DNA of 61,974 bases, filler included, from Dirinaria sp. TL-2023a (taxonomy: Eukaryota), in the NCBI GenBank assembly GCA_051941275.1. It is 16 parts of 16 records of this genome, joined end to end, with 100 filler letters (N's around TTAATTAATTAA, not from the genome) between each part and the next. Parts side by side here need not be neighbours in the genome. Positions count along the whole stretch, not along the records: positions 19,574 to 23,368 come from JAVEBF010001964.1; positions 23,469 to 27,259 come from JAVEBF010001965.1; positions 27,360 to 31,132 come from JAVEBF010001966.1; positions 31,233 to 34,998 come from JAVEBF010001967.1; 12 more parts are not named here. One strand, given 5' to 3'. Positions 22,714 to 35,098 of the stretch are shown here, piece by piece (position 1 is the first letter of the stretch; every line of letters begins with the position of its first letter). The translations under genes were made by a program, and so were the position numbers. The notes below the pieces were generated by a model. It was not told the DNA's origin. It was given only the letters and a program-made list of their open reading frames with translations, and made no database searches.

Positions 22714-24781
22714 GACCTGGTTGTCGGATACGAGCTGGGGTGGAATGTCGAAAGTAAAGGATGTAGAGACAGATCCATAATGATAGATATATTTGCCCTC
22801 CGACTCGGGAAATTTTGGTCTGTTTTGGTGTGTCTTGGTGTGGCACTCAACTGCCCATGCGCGAAATGCGCGAAAATGAGATTTGGACCTCGGAGGTCAC
22901 CGACGTCATGATACGATATGATACGGTACCTACCTAGGCGAGTGTTGCCCTTCTGCCTCCTAAGGTACATACCTTAAGGCTTAAGGCATTTCAATGTTGC
23001 TGGGGATGGCCAGTACGTACTTACCTCATTCTGCTCCTACTTACAGTTCTCTATGGTCATATTGTCAATATGATCAGGAGATAGGTAGGAATTGAGAATC
23101 AAGCATCCACGGCGGACTTGTTCGGTGGCACCGATGGCGCTAGCCAGCATTTTCGTTGCAGAAGGATTTTCTCTCAGTGATTCGCAGATGCATTCTCCAC
23201 TCTCCGAACACGCGATCCTTCGAACAGACCCAAAGGTATTCAGCTTTCGCTCTCGTAGAGTTGCTGACGAGCGCAGAATGTTCCCCCTGCTTGCATTCTA
23301 TAGACGCTTCAGATGAGCATCTTCGACCTGATTCGAACGTTTGTTTCGCAATAGCCTCTGCATTGATGNNNNNNNNNNNNNNNNNNNNNNNNNNNNNNNN
23401 NNNNNNNNNNNNTTAATTAATTAANNNNNNNNNNNNNNNNNNNNNNNNNNNNNNNNNNNNNNNNNNNNGCCATAAGGTTTCAAGGTCTGTAGCTGCTGAA
23501 CGATAAAACATCCATGTAATGAGGAATTGAATTGAAAAGAAGTGAAGGCCATTTTCTGCCGTGAGATGTTTGGTGCGAGCTGATTTTTACTTGGAATTCG
23601 ATGTTCCAAGGCCAAAATAGACCGTCCGCTGCCACGACTAAAGGGGAAACTTGATACTTTATGAACATATGAGAAGTTCAACGAGCGATACTCTGAAACA
23701 TGAATGATTGTCCACTTGATCTGAGGGCACAAAGCGTCACACTGGGGCTCTCGAGAACAATCCGCCTGTACTGATTACGTCAGCTTCTAAAGTTTTACTT
23801 TCTACGAGAGGCTACTCAAATTCATGTGGCTGCTCCAATCGCCGATATCAGAGACTGTTGTGAGGAGATCCTCGTCAGAGCCGTAATTTGCCAGTGCTTC
23901 TGCGAAATTCGCTAATTCCTAGGCTTGATCCTTCTGACAGACGAGAGATAGCGTAATAAAGTAAGATGATTATCTATAGTACCAATGGGCGTAGGAATGC
24001 TTTTTACCTCGTGATCTTTTGTTCCAATGCGGTGGTTTGTTACCAAGCAGACAGCTCCTCAACTCTTGTAGGATGAAAGATGCCTAAGAACGTACAATAG
24101 TGCTTTGTTGGAGATACCAGTTACCGACATGTTGAAAATAATCGTCGTCGCGGTCGTTGTTATTGTTGTGGTTGTTTATCTGACATGATGGACAAACGCA
24201 TCTTTCCGGCAGAAACCAATGGATGAAGTGACCAGGTTAATCTTCTCTATCATAATTCGCTTCTCTTCTCATCTCATCAGTAATAAGATAGATTTCGTAC
24301 GTTCAATTGTCGACCTGCTGGAGCAGTGCGATAAGCTTTGTCGAGTTGATCGGTGGCTTTGCCGCGCATACTACTTCCATCCAGCCTAGCGATCCTACCT
24401 TCGTATATCACTCTCTCCAGACTCTTTCCCTGGTTCCCATGGCGTGGAATGCAAGCGGCCTGACTAAAAGCTTAGTCCGTATTCTCAGAATTCTCGATCG
24501 ATACGACAAAATAACTCTTCATTATGTTTGGTTATGTTTGTGCTGGGTACTTAACATAAATGAAATTCCGCTATCCGAACTCCAGAGGCATGGAGGCGGG
24601 CTCGGCAAACATGTTCAGATGGAAAACCAATGACCTTAGCAGTACATCGGGAACTTTGCAATGTTCGTTTGAATGCGGCGCGTAGCAAAGAATCAGACTA
24701 AAGCTATTGAAAGAGTGGTCTTGAGGATTCAGCAAGTCCAAGGCTTCGAATTTTTAGTCATGGTGCCTCTCTTCAGATCAC

Positions 24782-25771
24782 TCACACTTTGGTGCCTTTT
24801 GCTACAAACCCCCATTTTTCAAAAGCGCCCTCTCCTTCACCAATAACCAAAGGCCTTGCGAAAACGATGAAATCGAAATCCTTACAGCCCGCAGCCTGAA
24901 GCATGCTCTTCATGGCCTCTCTTCCAAACCCGTGCTTGTGCGGCACAGTCCTCGCGGCCTCCTTTGAGAAGTCGTCACCTTTTCCATCACTACCGAGGCC
25001 GTGATCGCCGGTGCGCTCTAGCAAATCGATTATAAAAAGTACGCCCCCTACTCTGAGTCTTTCAACCAGCCGGTCGATGCTAAGTTGGAGGTGCTCAAAA
25101 TGGTGAAACCCCAGACCAATTGCTGCGAAATCAAAATCATAAAGCGCGGTATCCTTGAGCTCCTCGGCAACACCTTGAGGGTTGCACAGGTCACCAACTA
25201 TAGCACAGAAGCTCGGAAGATGTGCCTCCAACGCACGGCGGTTGAACTCGCTCACCATGTTTGTGGACACATCAATACCTGTGCTAGCGGTGAGATAAGG
25301 TTTCAGGGCCTTCGATATGTCAGTTTACGAAGAGCGTGAGAGGCTTTGTGGATAAGCGAAGAAAGATAGAAAGGCAACAAGAACTTGAAAATCCTAGGGA
25401 CTCACGTAAGACACTGTGCCTGGCCCGCAGGCATAATCCAGCAGCTTGACCTGAACCTTCTTGGTTCCACCTGTCTCATCAGAAGCCTCAAGATCATTAA
25501 GGCCGAGCCAGCGCCGATGTTCGCGAAGGTCTTCCGTAACTTGTCCGAGCAGTTTTTTCTGCCAAGGCTTTTCATCGTACTTGCGGGCTACGGTGCTACA
25601 AAGAACGCCTTGTCAGCATTCCGTTCTTGGTAGAGAGAGCGACATGACAATTCTAGTAAACCTAAATGAGATAGTAATCCTTATGGCTGTGTTGCTTGGT
25701 CATATTTGGCTTAAAGCGAAGGCGAAAACTTACTCCCAATGCTCACGATTCAAGGTTGCGATATCGCTCAT
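24782..25771 (-). CDS. Class I SAM-dependent methyltransferase
   Basis: Three exons: MSDIATLNREHWD / ..KYDEKPWQ..KLLDYACGPGTVSY / ALKPY..GIDVSTNMVSEFN..FDFAAIGLGFHHF..RLRVGGVLFIID. Both introns are canonical. Confidence 0.9.
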
Positions 25772-27359
25772 GGTGTTCGTAACTATAGAGGTATAGCGCA
25801 AGTAAACTTAAGGGGCAGAGAAGGAATAGACAGACATGACCAGGACACGAACCAATATTAATATTTGGCTTCGGCGACATTTGGATGGAAACTATTCGGA
25901 CTCTTTCGGAGAGATAGATGATTGGAGCGAACTTCAGGGTCTGTCGAGGGTTCAGTATCATCCGCAAGGTACCTAAGGAGTGCCTGGGAGGGCTAAGGGG
26001 AAAGTGTCCAGATGCCTTGGCAACTATGCAGTCATGCAGTCAAGTGCATGCCGATGTCACCTCGTGTCATGTTATGAAGATCATTGATGCAACCTCGTGT
26101 ACGCGTTCGAGGCCATCGATGCCACGGCCGTAATGAATGTCGTCTCTTCCATGCACTCAGCTGATCTAGGCCCGGTATTACATCGAAGCCGCATCGAAAG
26201 CTTATGCCACCTAATGACTCATATCTTCGACCTCCTCGATGCAGCTGACAGTATTAGCAGTGTGTATGGCAGTGCAAATGGCATTGTGGATGCTAGCGTG
26301 TCAGTTCTTGTTTGCTATATAGACCTCTCCGCCAGAGTGAGCCCATCTCTTCACAAAGAAGATCGACCGCCTAAACATGGCAGCTGGGATGTCAGGTCCA
26401 CATTTTACAATACTGTTAGCTGGCATCGATGATGGGTGGGGCCTTTCCACTACATTAGCAGCCTACTTTGATCTCCTAGCTGCATGATTATGATTGAGCG
26501 TTCATTCTCATGGTTTATCAGGAACAACCAACACGCTTCATCATATCTCTTGATTGGTTTTTAATGTAAATTGTATAATCGCTCTCTTCCGCTGCAGGTG
26601 CGAGATCTCTAAAGCAGGAACCTAAGTTAGCTAGTCCTATAGAGACACCGACTCGACAATGACATTGATCGCTGTAACTGCGGAGTTAGAAATGCCAGTG
26701 CTTTTGAGGGTGCGGCACCTAAGCTCTTGATACAGGCAGCCTGGAAACAGGTAAAGAAAAGTCGCAGTCCAACTAGCATTTTGGAGAGGCGGACTTTCGT
26801 AGCCCATTCTGGATGGTTTTCAAAGGCAAGTGCTGCGAATGCTAACAGGAAATTGAGGACGCCAGTTCAACGCCGGTACTCTGGAACCAATGTGCTATGT
26901 CTGAGACCCTTCACTGAATGCTGCGAGCGTGGAAGCAATGACTATAGATCTACCTTAGTCGATATTGGGTTTAAAGTGTTCTATCTTGTGGCTGGTTCCC
27001 CTCCTTTTTCGGTGACAGCAGTGATAGGGGATTATCGAGCTCAATACCCGAGACCTGAACATTAGCTTCGAACTGATGGAGCACATTCTTGGTTTCCGTA
27101 CGAGAAATACTTTTCCTAGGGTCAGGCTTTTGAATTTAACCTGTGCTTTTGTGATACAGTAGAGTTCCTCCCGTAAGTCTGCAATGAAACTGCTATGCTT
27201 GTTCTGCTCCCCTTTTCACTTCCTAGACATAAATAGCCGGTAAAGTAGAATTGACAGAANNNNNNNNNNNNNNNNNNNNNNNNNNNNNNNNNNNNNNNNN
27301 NNNTTAATTAATTAANNNNNNNNNNNNNNNNNNNNNNNNNNNNNNNNNNNNNNNNNNNN

Positions 27360-30300
27360 GATACCGAAGCCTTGGCTCGAATTGGAAAAGTCCCGTCGAT
27401 AGATTGCGTTGGGCTGCTGAGAATATAGCTCCCTTACGGGTCGGGCTCCTGCACAATTGCGTCTATCTATCAACGTTCAATGCGACCCTCGCGAGCGAAA
27501 ATTTATTATACTCAGTCCGAATGTTAACTCATCAAGCGCACAGTTCTTCCCACGGTGAACGTATTGAGGCTTCCGAGGCCAGAGTTCTACAAAAACTGAA
27601 CGAGCTACAACTAGAATTCCAGCAAGGGAAGCGAGCTGCCCCAGCCTTTTCCCTTGTAACAGTAGAGAATGTTGGCCAGGAAGAAACTTGGAAAAGTATA
27701 ACCACGGAGCTTGAAAATACCGAGCTTGAAGCTGGAACTATATCATCAAATCAACGCTTTATTCGATCGTGGATAGACGAGGTATTCCTAGCCGATGTAG
27801 ACGGAAGTATGAGTAAGTTTTTCAGATAATCTTTACCACCACTACTCATTATTGGTACTATGGTGCCTACTCTGTGGGCGGCCTATACAGTACGCCATAG
27901 AAGTTCTAAATTGATGCAGCCCAATATGAGAACTCTAACTTTGGCATTTCTCGTAGATGAAATACCAGAAGCCTCGCATAGCTCCCCAAAAAGCTCAGCC
28001 TTAGAACTTTCCCGAGAGCCACCGCACAGCGCGTCGTCCAATACTGTCGCGATCGCTCTTGATATGGAGCGCATAGGCCTGGAGCCGACCCATAAAAACC
28101 GACCAGTAAGTGCGAGTTCGCATAGAAGCAAAGACAGCAACTGGCGTCCGGCCAGTCAACCAAATGTGTTTTACGTTCAAAGTTTGCTGAAGAAGATCTT
28201 CAACCTTGAATACGACGACTCTGACACATTGCCGATGAAACGCGTCTACAATCAACTAGATTGGCGCAATCGCGGCTTTCTGTCTCGAACGGATGTCGAA
28301 AGCCACCTACTCCAGGCGAAAAATGGAACCTCCTTCGCTATAGCTAACGAGACACTGGTGCGACTTGTGAATGCTGGTGACACGGATCGAAATGGTAAGC
28401 TATACGTCGAATGGTTCTTCCTTCATTTGAACACAATTCGTGAGCGCTCCAAGCCTCTTTCGCTGCTCGGCATAACCACGAGGTATTCGAAATCTAGAAA
28501 TACCTCGTGGCTGTGCCTTCAAGGTGCCCTCAAAGCTAGATAATATCAATCAAGACCTGACACCAGGTTACCAGAAGCTTACTGTATTTTTATATCCAGG
28601 CCGTATTGATTGCGCCAAATTCATTCGAATCTGTACTGAGCTGGTAGACGGTGCAAGGGAAACGCGCATTCGCATTGCAAATCTCAGCGGCGGTAGAGAA
28701 GCTCGACTAGAGCGCGAATGGCTCAGCGAAGAAAAGGGGGAAAATCTGCCGCTACCGTTCCAATACGAGGCTATCGCCATAGATGGTAACCTTCGGGAAT
28801 ATTTAAACACTGCTACGGGCTATTCTTCACCTCAGGCACCGGGCGTGGATCCAAGGAGTTTCAGTGCCATGGCATTCACTGCTGCAAGAGTCATAGTACC
28901 TCGTCTCAGTTTAAGTCCAGAATGTCTCTGCCTCGAACCATCCTCAGAGGATTGCATACGGTCTTGTGATTTAGTGTGCGAAGCTGCTTTACAATTCACA
29001 GTTCTGGAAGGAGATTCTGGACCTCTAGGAGGCAGCGATCTCGATCTAATTACGAGCACGTTTTATGCGGAAATTCCCGTTTACCGAGGACACCCCAACA
29101 CTAAACTTGAAATTGTTCAGCAAGAGTATTATGAACTTCTACAGAACATTCAAGGATTCGTGAGTAGCCTTCGCTGTCCGACCTTGAGAGACCGTGAGCT
29201 GTCCGATCCGCGCACTCCATTCAAACTTTTCGGGAATGAAACATGGCAAGCAAATTACATGACTTCTTTCGCAAGCCGTATTGGAACCCAATGCAAAAAG
29301 TGCGAGAGCTATGCCCCACTGATCCGTGACTGGAGAAGTTGGTGGGAAAAATATGGCTGCGAGTTGGAAAGTCTATTACATAAACAGAGATCGGCCTTGA
29401 AAAGCGTGAGAGAATGTCAAATCGTTGAAAAAGAAGCAGCAATTAGCAGTGTCAAACTTACTTCAGTTCTGGTCAGTAGACTTAGGAGTAAAAGGGGCTG
29501 GTTCCGTATGTCTTATATCAGCCCTATTCTATGAAAGTCCTTCAACTGACGATTGTCAGGCAGGCAACATTCTTACCGTGCTAAGATTAGTATTACTGGC
29601 ACAACTCCGGCCCGCCATATCACAGGGCAGTGTCATAGCGCTGTACTTTGGTGGTGCCCTGAGCAGTTTGAATTCAACATCAGTCATGATAGTAAATTGT
29701 CTCTTCAAATACAGAATTCTGTATCAAGGAAACCATTATGCGAAGCTAGTTGGGAATTGAATAATGATGGTTTTTTGAGTGGTAAGCTATCCTTCTCTGA
29801 ACAATAATTGACCTTGAGATCTGAATTTCCAATCTTAGAAACGCGGGGACCTATGTCCAAAACGCTTCATACTACTAACCCTTGCGTTATAGACATTGAT
29901 TCTAGTGAACTCTACGACATCATAACAGATGTAGAGGTGAGATTGCAAAAAACAAAGCTCGATGCTTTCCCGGCAGCCTGGAACAATCCGGTTGATTCTT
30001 GCTTCATACTAGCTTACCCATGTCCTTCAGGTTGGGAGCTTACGCAAACAGCTAAGCGGTATTTCTACTTCCAAGAGTCTGATATGTTCCAAAAGACTAT
30101 AGGGCTACCACCCCAACGCGAAGTTGACATGAACGGACTTCGGCTTCCCAAAGGATGGTCCCGAGCGCTCAGAAGAGCTGGGGAATCAGCCGCGGAACGA
30201 GTTTGCTATCAGAAGGAAGATACGTCGGGCTTTCAATGGTCTACGCCGCTATACCAAGGCGAATTCAAGAGGGAAGCAGAGCCAAAGTCGACAGATTACC

Positions 30301-30464
30301 AGCTGTTCGAACGAGACTTTGAGCAGCTTGATCGGGTTACCGAGTGGGATACTGATGTCCATGGATCGAAGCTCACTGAGAGTTGGGTACGACGGAGAGA
30401 CAATGACAGCGGTAGAATGTACCACGTCAATCTAAGCTCTGGCAAAGTAATTTCTGTCGATTAG
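27360..30464 (+). CDS. 5'-truncated multi-exon protein: fungal helical N-terminal domain, EF-hand pair, possible C2-like region, degenerate WW-like repeats
   Basis: Successive long ORFs linked by GT-AG introns (e.g. 28395-28599, about 29506-29559). Splicing rebuilds DTDRNGRIDCAKF after DWRNRGFLSRTDVE. WW-like segments CPSGWE...RYFY, LPKGWS...CY....GFQWSTP and LTESWVRRRDNDSGRMYHVN. Confidence 0.7.
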
Positions 30465-32053
30465 AACAAAGCTGGGAGAATTTTCTTGGAGACTGAGCAA
30501 ACGTCATGGCCACGGATAGAGTAATAGTCGAGACGAGCATCAGCTTTAACGCGTGTTTTCTGTTCCGAGTGTGGCAACTAGCAGCCCACAAAGACATTGC
30601 ATTCACTGTGTACTACTTCTACCTCCTCTCCGATAGACTCGACAAAGATCGAAATCCGCACGAGGAGAGCTCGCGTCTACACCGCTTTATTTGAAGATCT
30701 GCCTGCCTGTAACTACATAAATACCCTTCGTACTAAGGGCTATGGAAGCTTATCAGCATGATTGAAATCCCACCAACGCGATCCTAACTTCTAAAAAAAA
30801 ATACACCTGGAAAATTAATATCTTGAACAATCGACACAAACCGAGATTTCCCTGGAAATCCCTTCATCTGCTTTCAAACGAAAAACGAAAATCGCCCCAC
30901 AGGACATCCCATCTCGTATTCGCGACTTCTATTTTTTCAATTGTCCTTTAATTCGGTCTACCCATCTATCCGATATTCACTGATATCGATGATTCCCCTT
31001 GACTGTGCAGGATTATCCTATCCCTAGATTGCATGTTCCATTATAATGAGGTTTTCCTTTTCGGGGGGTTTTGCGGGCTTTTGAGATGGAGAGTGGTTAG
31101 GTTGGTGGATTATTGGAGCTGCGTTGATGTGTNNNNNNNNNNNNNNNNNNNNNNNNNNNNNNNNNNNNNNNNNNNNTTAATTAATTAANNNNNNNNNNNN
31201 NNNNNNNNNNNNNNNNNNNNNNNNNNNNNNNNTAAAGATCACGAAAGATCACGCACAAGAGATGGACACCACGCAAAATAGGGATGTTATCTAAACCACA
31301 GCATGGACGAAATGCGTCCTCGTTGATCAAATTACAGCGGCAAAATTCATCCCGAGTCACGCCTGCCACGAGGCTCCTGCTACAGTTGCAAAAAAAATGG
31401 GGGGGTTTTTTTTTTCCCCTTCAAAAAAGCTCTTTCCCCCGCGGCGTACGCTCGTTTTCCAATCGGCCACCTTCCTACGCAGGTCATGCAGCCCCAGGTC
31501 TTGTGTAACTTGACATTGGCCCAGCCAGGTATTCTGGATCTCTGACGCGCCTCGTTGAAGATGTTCTCGGTGGAAAGACCCAAGCAGTGACGTTCGTGGA
31601 TCGGAATGTCAAAATCAAGATTTCGAATTCCGCAGTACGAACTCGTAAGAAATCGGCCTTCGGCTTCGAATTTTTGAGCTCTTGCATAGTATCAGCAATC
31701 ATCTATATCAACATTATTAATCATTATTAGAGGTCTCAAACTACATATAGAAATATACTCTTAATTCAATGACTAATTTACACAGAACTATAATACAGTG
31801 CAAAGCGGTGTATGTACTGTGTCGCCAGCGCTCTCGAAGTTCTTTCAAGGGTGCGACGATCATGAACGTAAGTAATAGGATAGGCAATCACATCTTTGAC
31901 TTGCTTTAGTTGGTCTTTCGATGCGATTCAAGACTGCGACTGTGACTAGTCTACGTATCCTGATCAAGGTTTCGGAGAGAAAATCTAGCTCACGAATACT
32001 GCAACTACCTAGGATGGAACCTTGCCATGTCAACGTCCAAACTTCTCGATGGT

Positions 32054-33049
32054 TCATGACACAGTGACATTCGGGGTTGAGGGGAGTCCTGATAGCTTCC
32101 TAAGAGCTTGTGCTCGGAATGAACCTCGAGCTACTACTATGCCGCTCTCCCTGTCCTTGATAGCTATGTTCATCTCCCGGAACATGTTCTCTCTCAACAG
32201 ACTTGCCGGCAGGCCGGCAAAGAAAGATATCATGTCACCCATGGTCATTTGATATTGGGTCTGTTTAACTCGGTTCCAGATCGTTGTCACTTGACTGTCG
32301 AGGGCTTCTTGCCTCACTTGCCACACAGTCAACTGCTCGCGATTTTGCGGAGCAAGCTCCAGCAGTAGCCAGAGCACGATGAAGAAGATATCTCTCCGGT
32401 CGATGCTCTTGCTCAAGAAATCTATTTCGGCTCGCAACTCGTCCTTCGCATTTACCGTGATGCCAGAGCCGATGCCAATGAAGTTGAAAGAGGCACCTGT
32501 ATGATTACTACCCGGATCCGTAAGTCCAATGGACCGCGATTGCTGGAAGCTCGAGTTGCTCTGCCCTGCGACGACATGGAGCAGTTCCGTAGGAAAGAAC
32601 CTTACAATTGCAACGGGCTCCCCGCGATACAATCCAAGAAATTGCGTACTCTGAAAGCGATTATTCTCCAACATAAATCGGACCGTAGAAGTGATGGTCC
32701 ACATTACAAAACGAACACTGACTTTCTGGCCGGTTATGGGTGGGGCTACGATCAGACGGACTTGGGGAAAGTCTTGACGAATCCATGATTGAACGATGAT
32801 TTCGTCCTCAACATGGTGCAGCGCCAATTCGCGCATTGCCATTATCGCCACCATCAGGCATGCTGTCTCTTGAATCAAAGGCCGATACCAGGATGCGACT
32901 GTTGCAAAATCTTCATCTGGCAGATCCGGCAAGTTGGTTAGATTGGATATTTGTCGTGAAGAAAGGTCTGCGACAGCTGGAAGTGACGCAGCAACAGCAA
33001 CAGAAAGGATTGGGGAGAATATAAGAAAATATCGAGGGAATGGTCGCAT
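32054..33049 (-). CDS. Putative secreted protein, 331 aa, unknown family
   Basis: Intronless ORF. The first ATG (33049) gives signal peptide MRPFPRYFLIFSPILSVAVAA. Two similar halves are joined by a Ser/Gly/Asn linker. Confidence 0.8.
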   Translation of the reverse strand: MRPFPRYFLIFSPILSVAVAASLPAVADLSSRQISNLTNLPDLPDEDFATVASWYRPLIQETACLMVAIMAMRELALHHVEDEIIVQSWIRQDFPQVRLIVAPPITGQKVSVRFVMWTITSTVRFMLENNRFQSTQFLGLYRGEPVAIVRFFPTELLHVVAGQSNSSFQQSRSIGLTDPGSNHTGASFNFIGIGSGITVNAKDELRAEIDFLSKSIDRRDIFFIVLWLLLELAPQNREQLTVWQVRQEALDSQVTTIWNRVKQTQYQMTMGDMISFFAGLPASLLRENMFREMNIAIKDRESGIVVARGSFRAQALRKLSGLPSTPNVTVS

Positions 33050-33558
33050 TTTCCTTGATACCAGGCCACGGTATAGAGCGAAGCCAGTATAGACTACCTG
33101 CACCTCAAGCGGTGCTGAGGAGCTCGATGTTAAATACTCTGCCAGAGAGAGCTCCAAGAACGTGACCTGCTTGCCGACATCCCGCTTCGCATGCGATATG
33201 CGACTTCCTAACCCCCACTGTTAATCGGCGCCGCTTTCGCTATATTATGAAGTTGCAGTACTACTAGTACGACTAGCACGAGCTGTGCAAGTTCCTGATC
33301 GTAGTCGAACAAACGTCGATAGCATCGTGAGAAGGCGGTAGCGATGAGCCATTCATCGCGGCAGTATTTTTACCGCTCGCTGCACGTTTTGCTATCCGTC
33401 CTTTTCTCCATCAGTGGTACTCTTAGCAGAGAAATGCTTTCGTTACTCACTATCCTGACTAGGATTGTCTAAAGGTCATCATCCTATCGGCCGGCACTGT
33501 ATGGTTCGTATAGCCAAGCGTTGAGACATTATCACATCGAGACTAGCGCGTGGAACTT

Positions 33559-33587
33559 CTTGGCATTTCCTTGGCATTTCCTTGGCA
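33559..33587. repeat. Short tandem repeat (CTTGGCATTTC) x2.6 in a divergent intergenic region
   Basis: Read directly from the sequence. Confidence 0.8.
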
Positions 33588-33924
33588 CTGCTTCAAATAA
33601 CCGTCCTCACGCTTTTCAATGCCAAGAGAACTCGTTTTCACTCCCTTGAGGTCTGCCAATGATCACCGCTGATGTGACGGGAATGATCAGACATAAATAG
33701 TCACTGGAAAGTTCACTGCAATACTACGAGGCTCTTTTATTTCACAGCAACGCTTTGCGTCTTTTACCAAGCACAAGTCTACGGACGAACCGTCAATTCA
33801 TCATTATGACTCGGCCGGAGTGGGAGTTCAATGATAGATACACTCAATAATTGTCCATTCAAATGCCTCCGTTCAGAGTCTGCATCTAAGCTACTTCAAC
33901 AATCCTGTACAATACCACAATATC

Positions 33925-34998
33925 ATGCTGTATGCACTGGGCTCAAATAGCAACGGCCAACTAGGCATCGGTACTTATGAGGATGTATCAGAAGCCAAAC
34001 CCTGCATTGTTGAGTGTGATGAGAATGATCCTCCTGGGATGCCCATCAAGATATCTGCTGGCGGCAGCCATACACTGCTGCTCTTCGATAGCGGGATACT
34101 CTTCTCTGCCGGAAATAATCAACATGGCCAAGCAGGAGTGAAGCCAAGAGCAAATCTTTCATCCAGTTCTCCAGATTCCGATACAAATTTCACCGAGATC
34201 ACATTCCCCACTGAACTCCCAAAGGTCAAATTATGCTCTACTACCTGGGAGGCATCCATTATCATAACTTTGGATGATGAGGTGTACTCCTTTGGAAGCG
34301 GGCCAAACGGAGAGCTGGGTACAGGGCTGAATAATTCAAGCAACCTAGGGAGACTCCCCAGGATTCCTCCACCAGATGAGACCATCGTCAATATAGCAAG
34401 CGGCATCAAGCATACCGTTGTCGTGCTGTCAAACGGTGACGTCTATGGATGGGGCGACGGCCGAAAAGGGCAATTAGGCGAGCCGGCAGAGATAGTCCGT
34501 GCGCCACGAAAGATCAACGGTGCGAAGTACATAAGGCGCGCTACCTGCGGTGCAGCATTTACATATCTGGTGGGTGATCCGGTCGAAGGCAGACATATAG
34601 TGCTCGGCTCCAATAAATGGGGCGTCAGAGTGCATTCTCCGACGTATATGCGAGGCTGGATAGGGATTGGCTCGAACTGGAACGGTATCATGGCTCTCAC
34701 GAGCAGCGGTGAGCTCGTCACCTGGGGCCGTAATGATAGAGGACAGCTGGGTCCGAGCGGTACCGCGAGACATGATGTTTCGCAGCTTGCTCTGGGAAGC
34801 GAGCATACTGTTGTGTTGACTCGAGAGGGGAAGGTATTAGCCTGCGGATGGGGCGACCATGGGAATTGTGGACCTGAGGTTGATGGAGATGGGGATGTTA
34901 AAGATGCATGGAAGGAGCTTTCTATACCTCCAGTGAATGCTTCTGCGCCAGTCGTCGGCATTGCTGCCGGGTGCGCGACGAGTTTTATGTGGATCAAT
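33925..34998 (+). CDS. ATS1: RCC1-repeat protein, Ats1/Kti13-like; stop codon lost at contig end
   Basis: N-terminal MLYALGSNSNGQLGIG; repeats ISAGGSHT, YGWGDGRKGQLG, WGRNDRGQLG, LGSEHT..ACGWGDHGNCG; C-terminal AGCATSF. Confidence 0.85.
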
Positions 34999-35098
34999 NN
35001 NNNNNNNNNNNNNNNNNNNNNNNNNNNNNNNNNNNNNNNNNNTTAATTAATTAANNNNNNNNNNNNNNNNNNNNNNNNNNNNNNNNNNNNNNNNNNNN

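Noticed and set aside
31233..31702. Overlapping short minus-strand ORFs as a gene remnant
   Set aside because: No recognisable family, and the frames are broken by homopolymer runs and the contig end.
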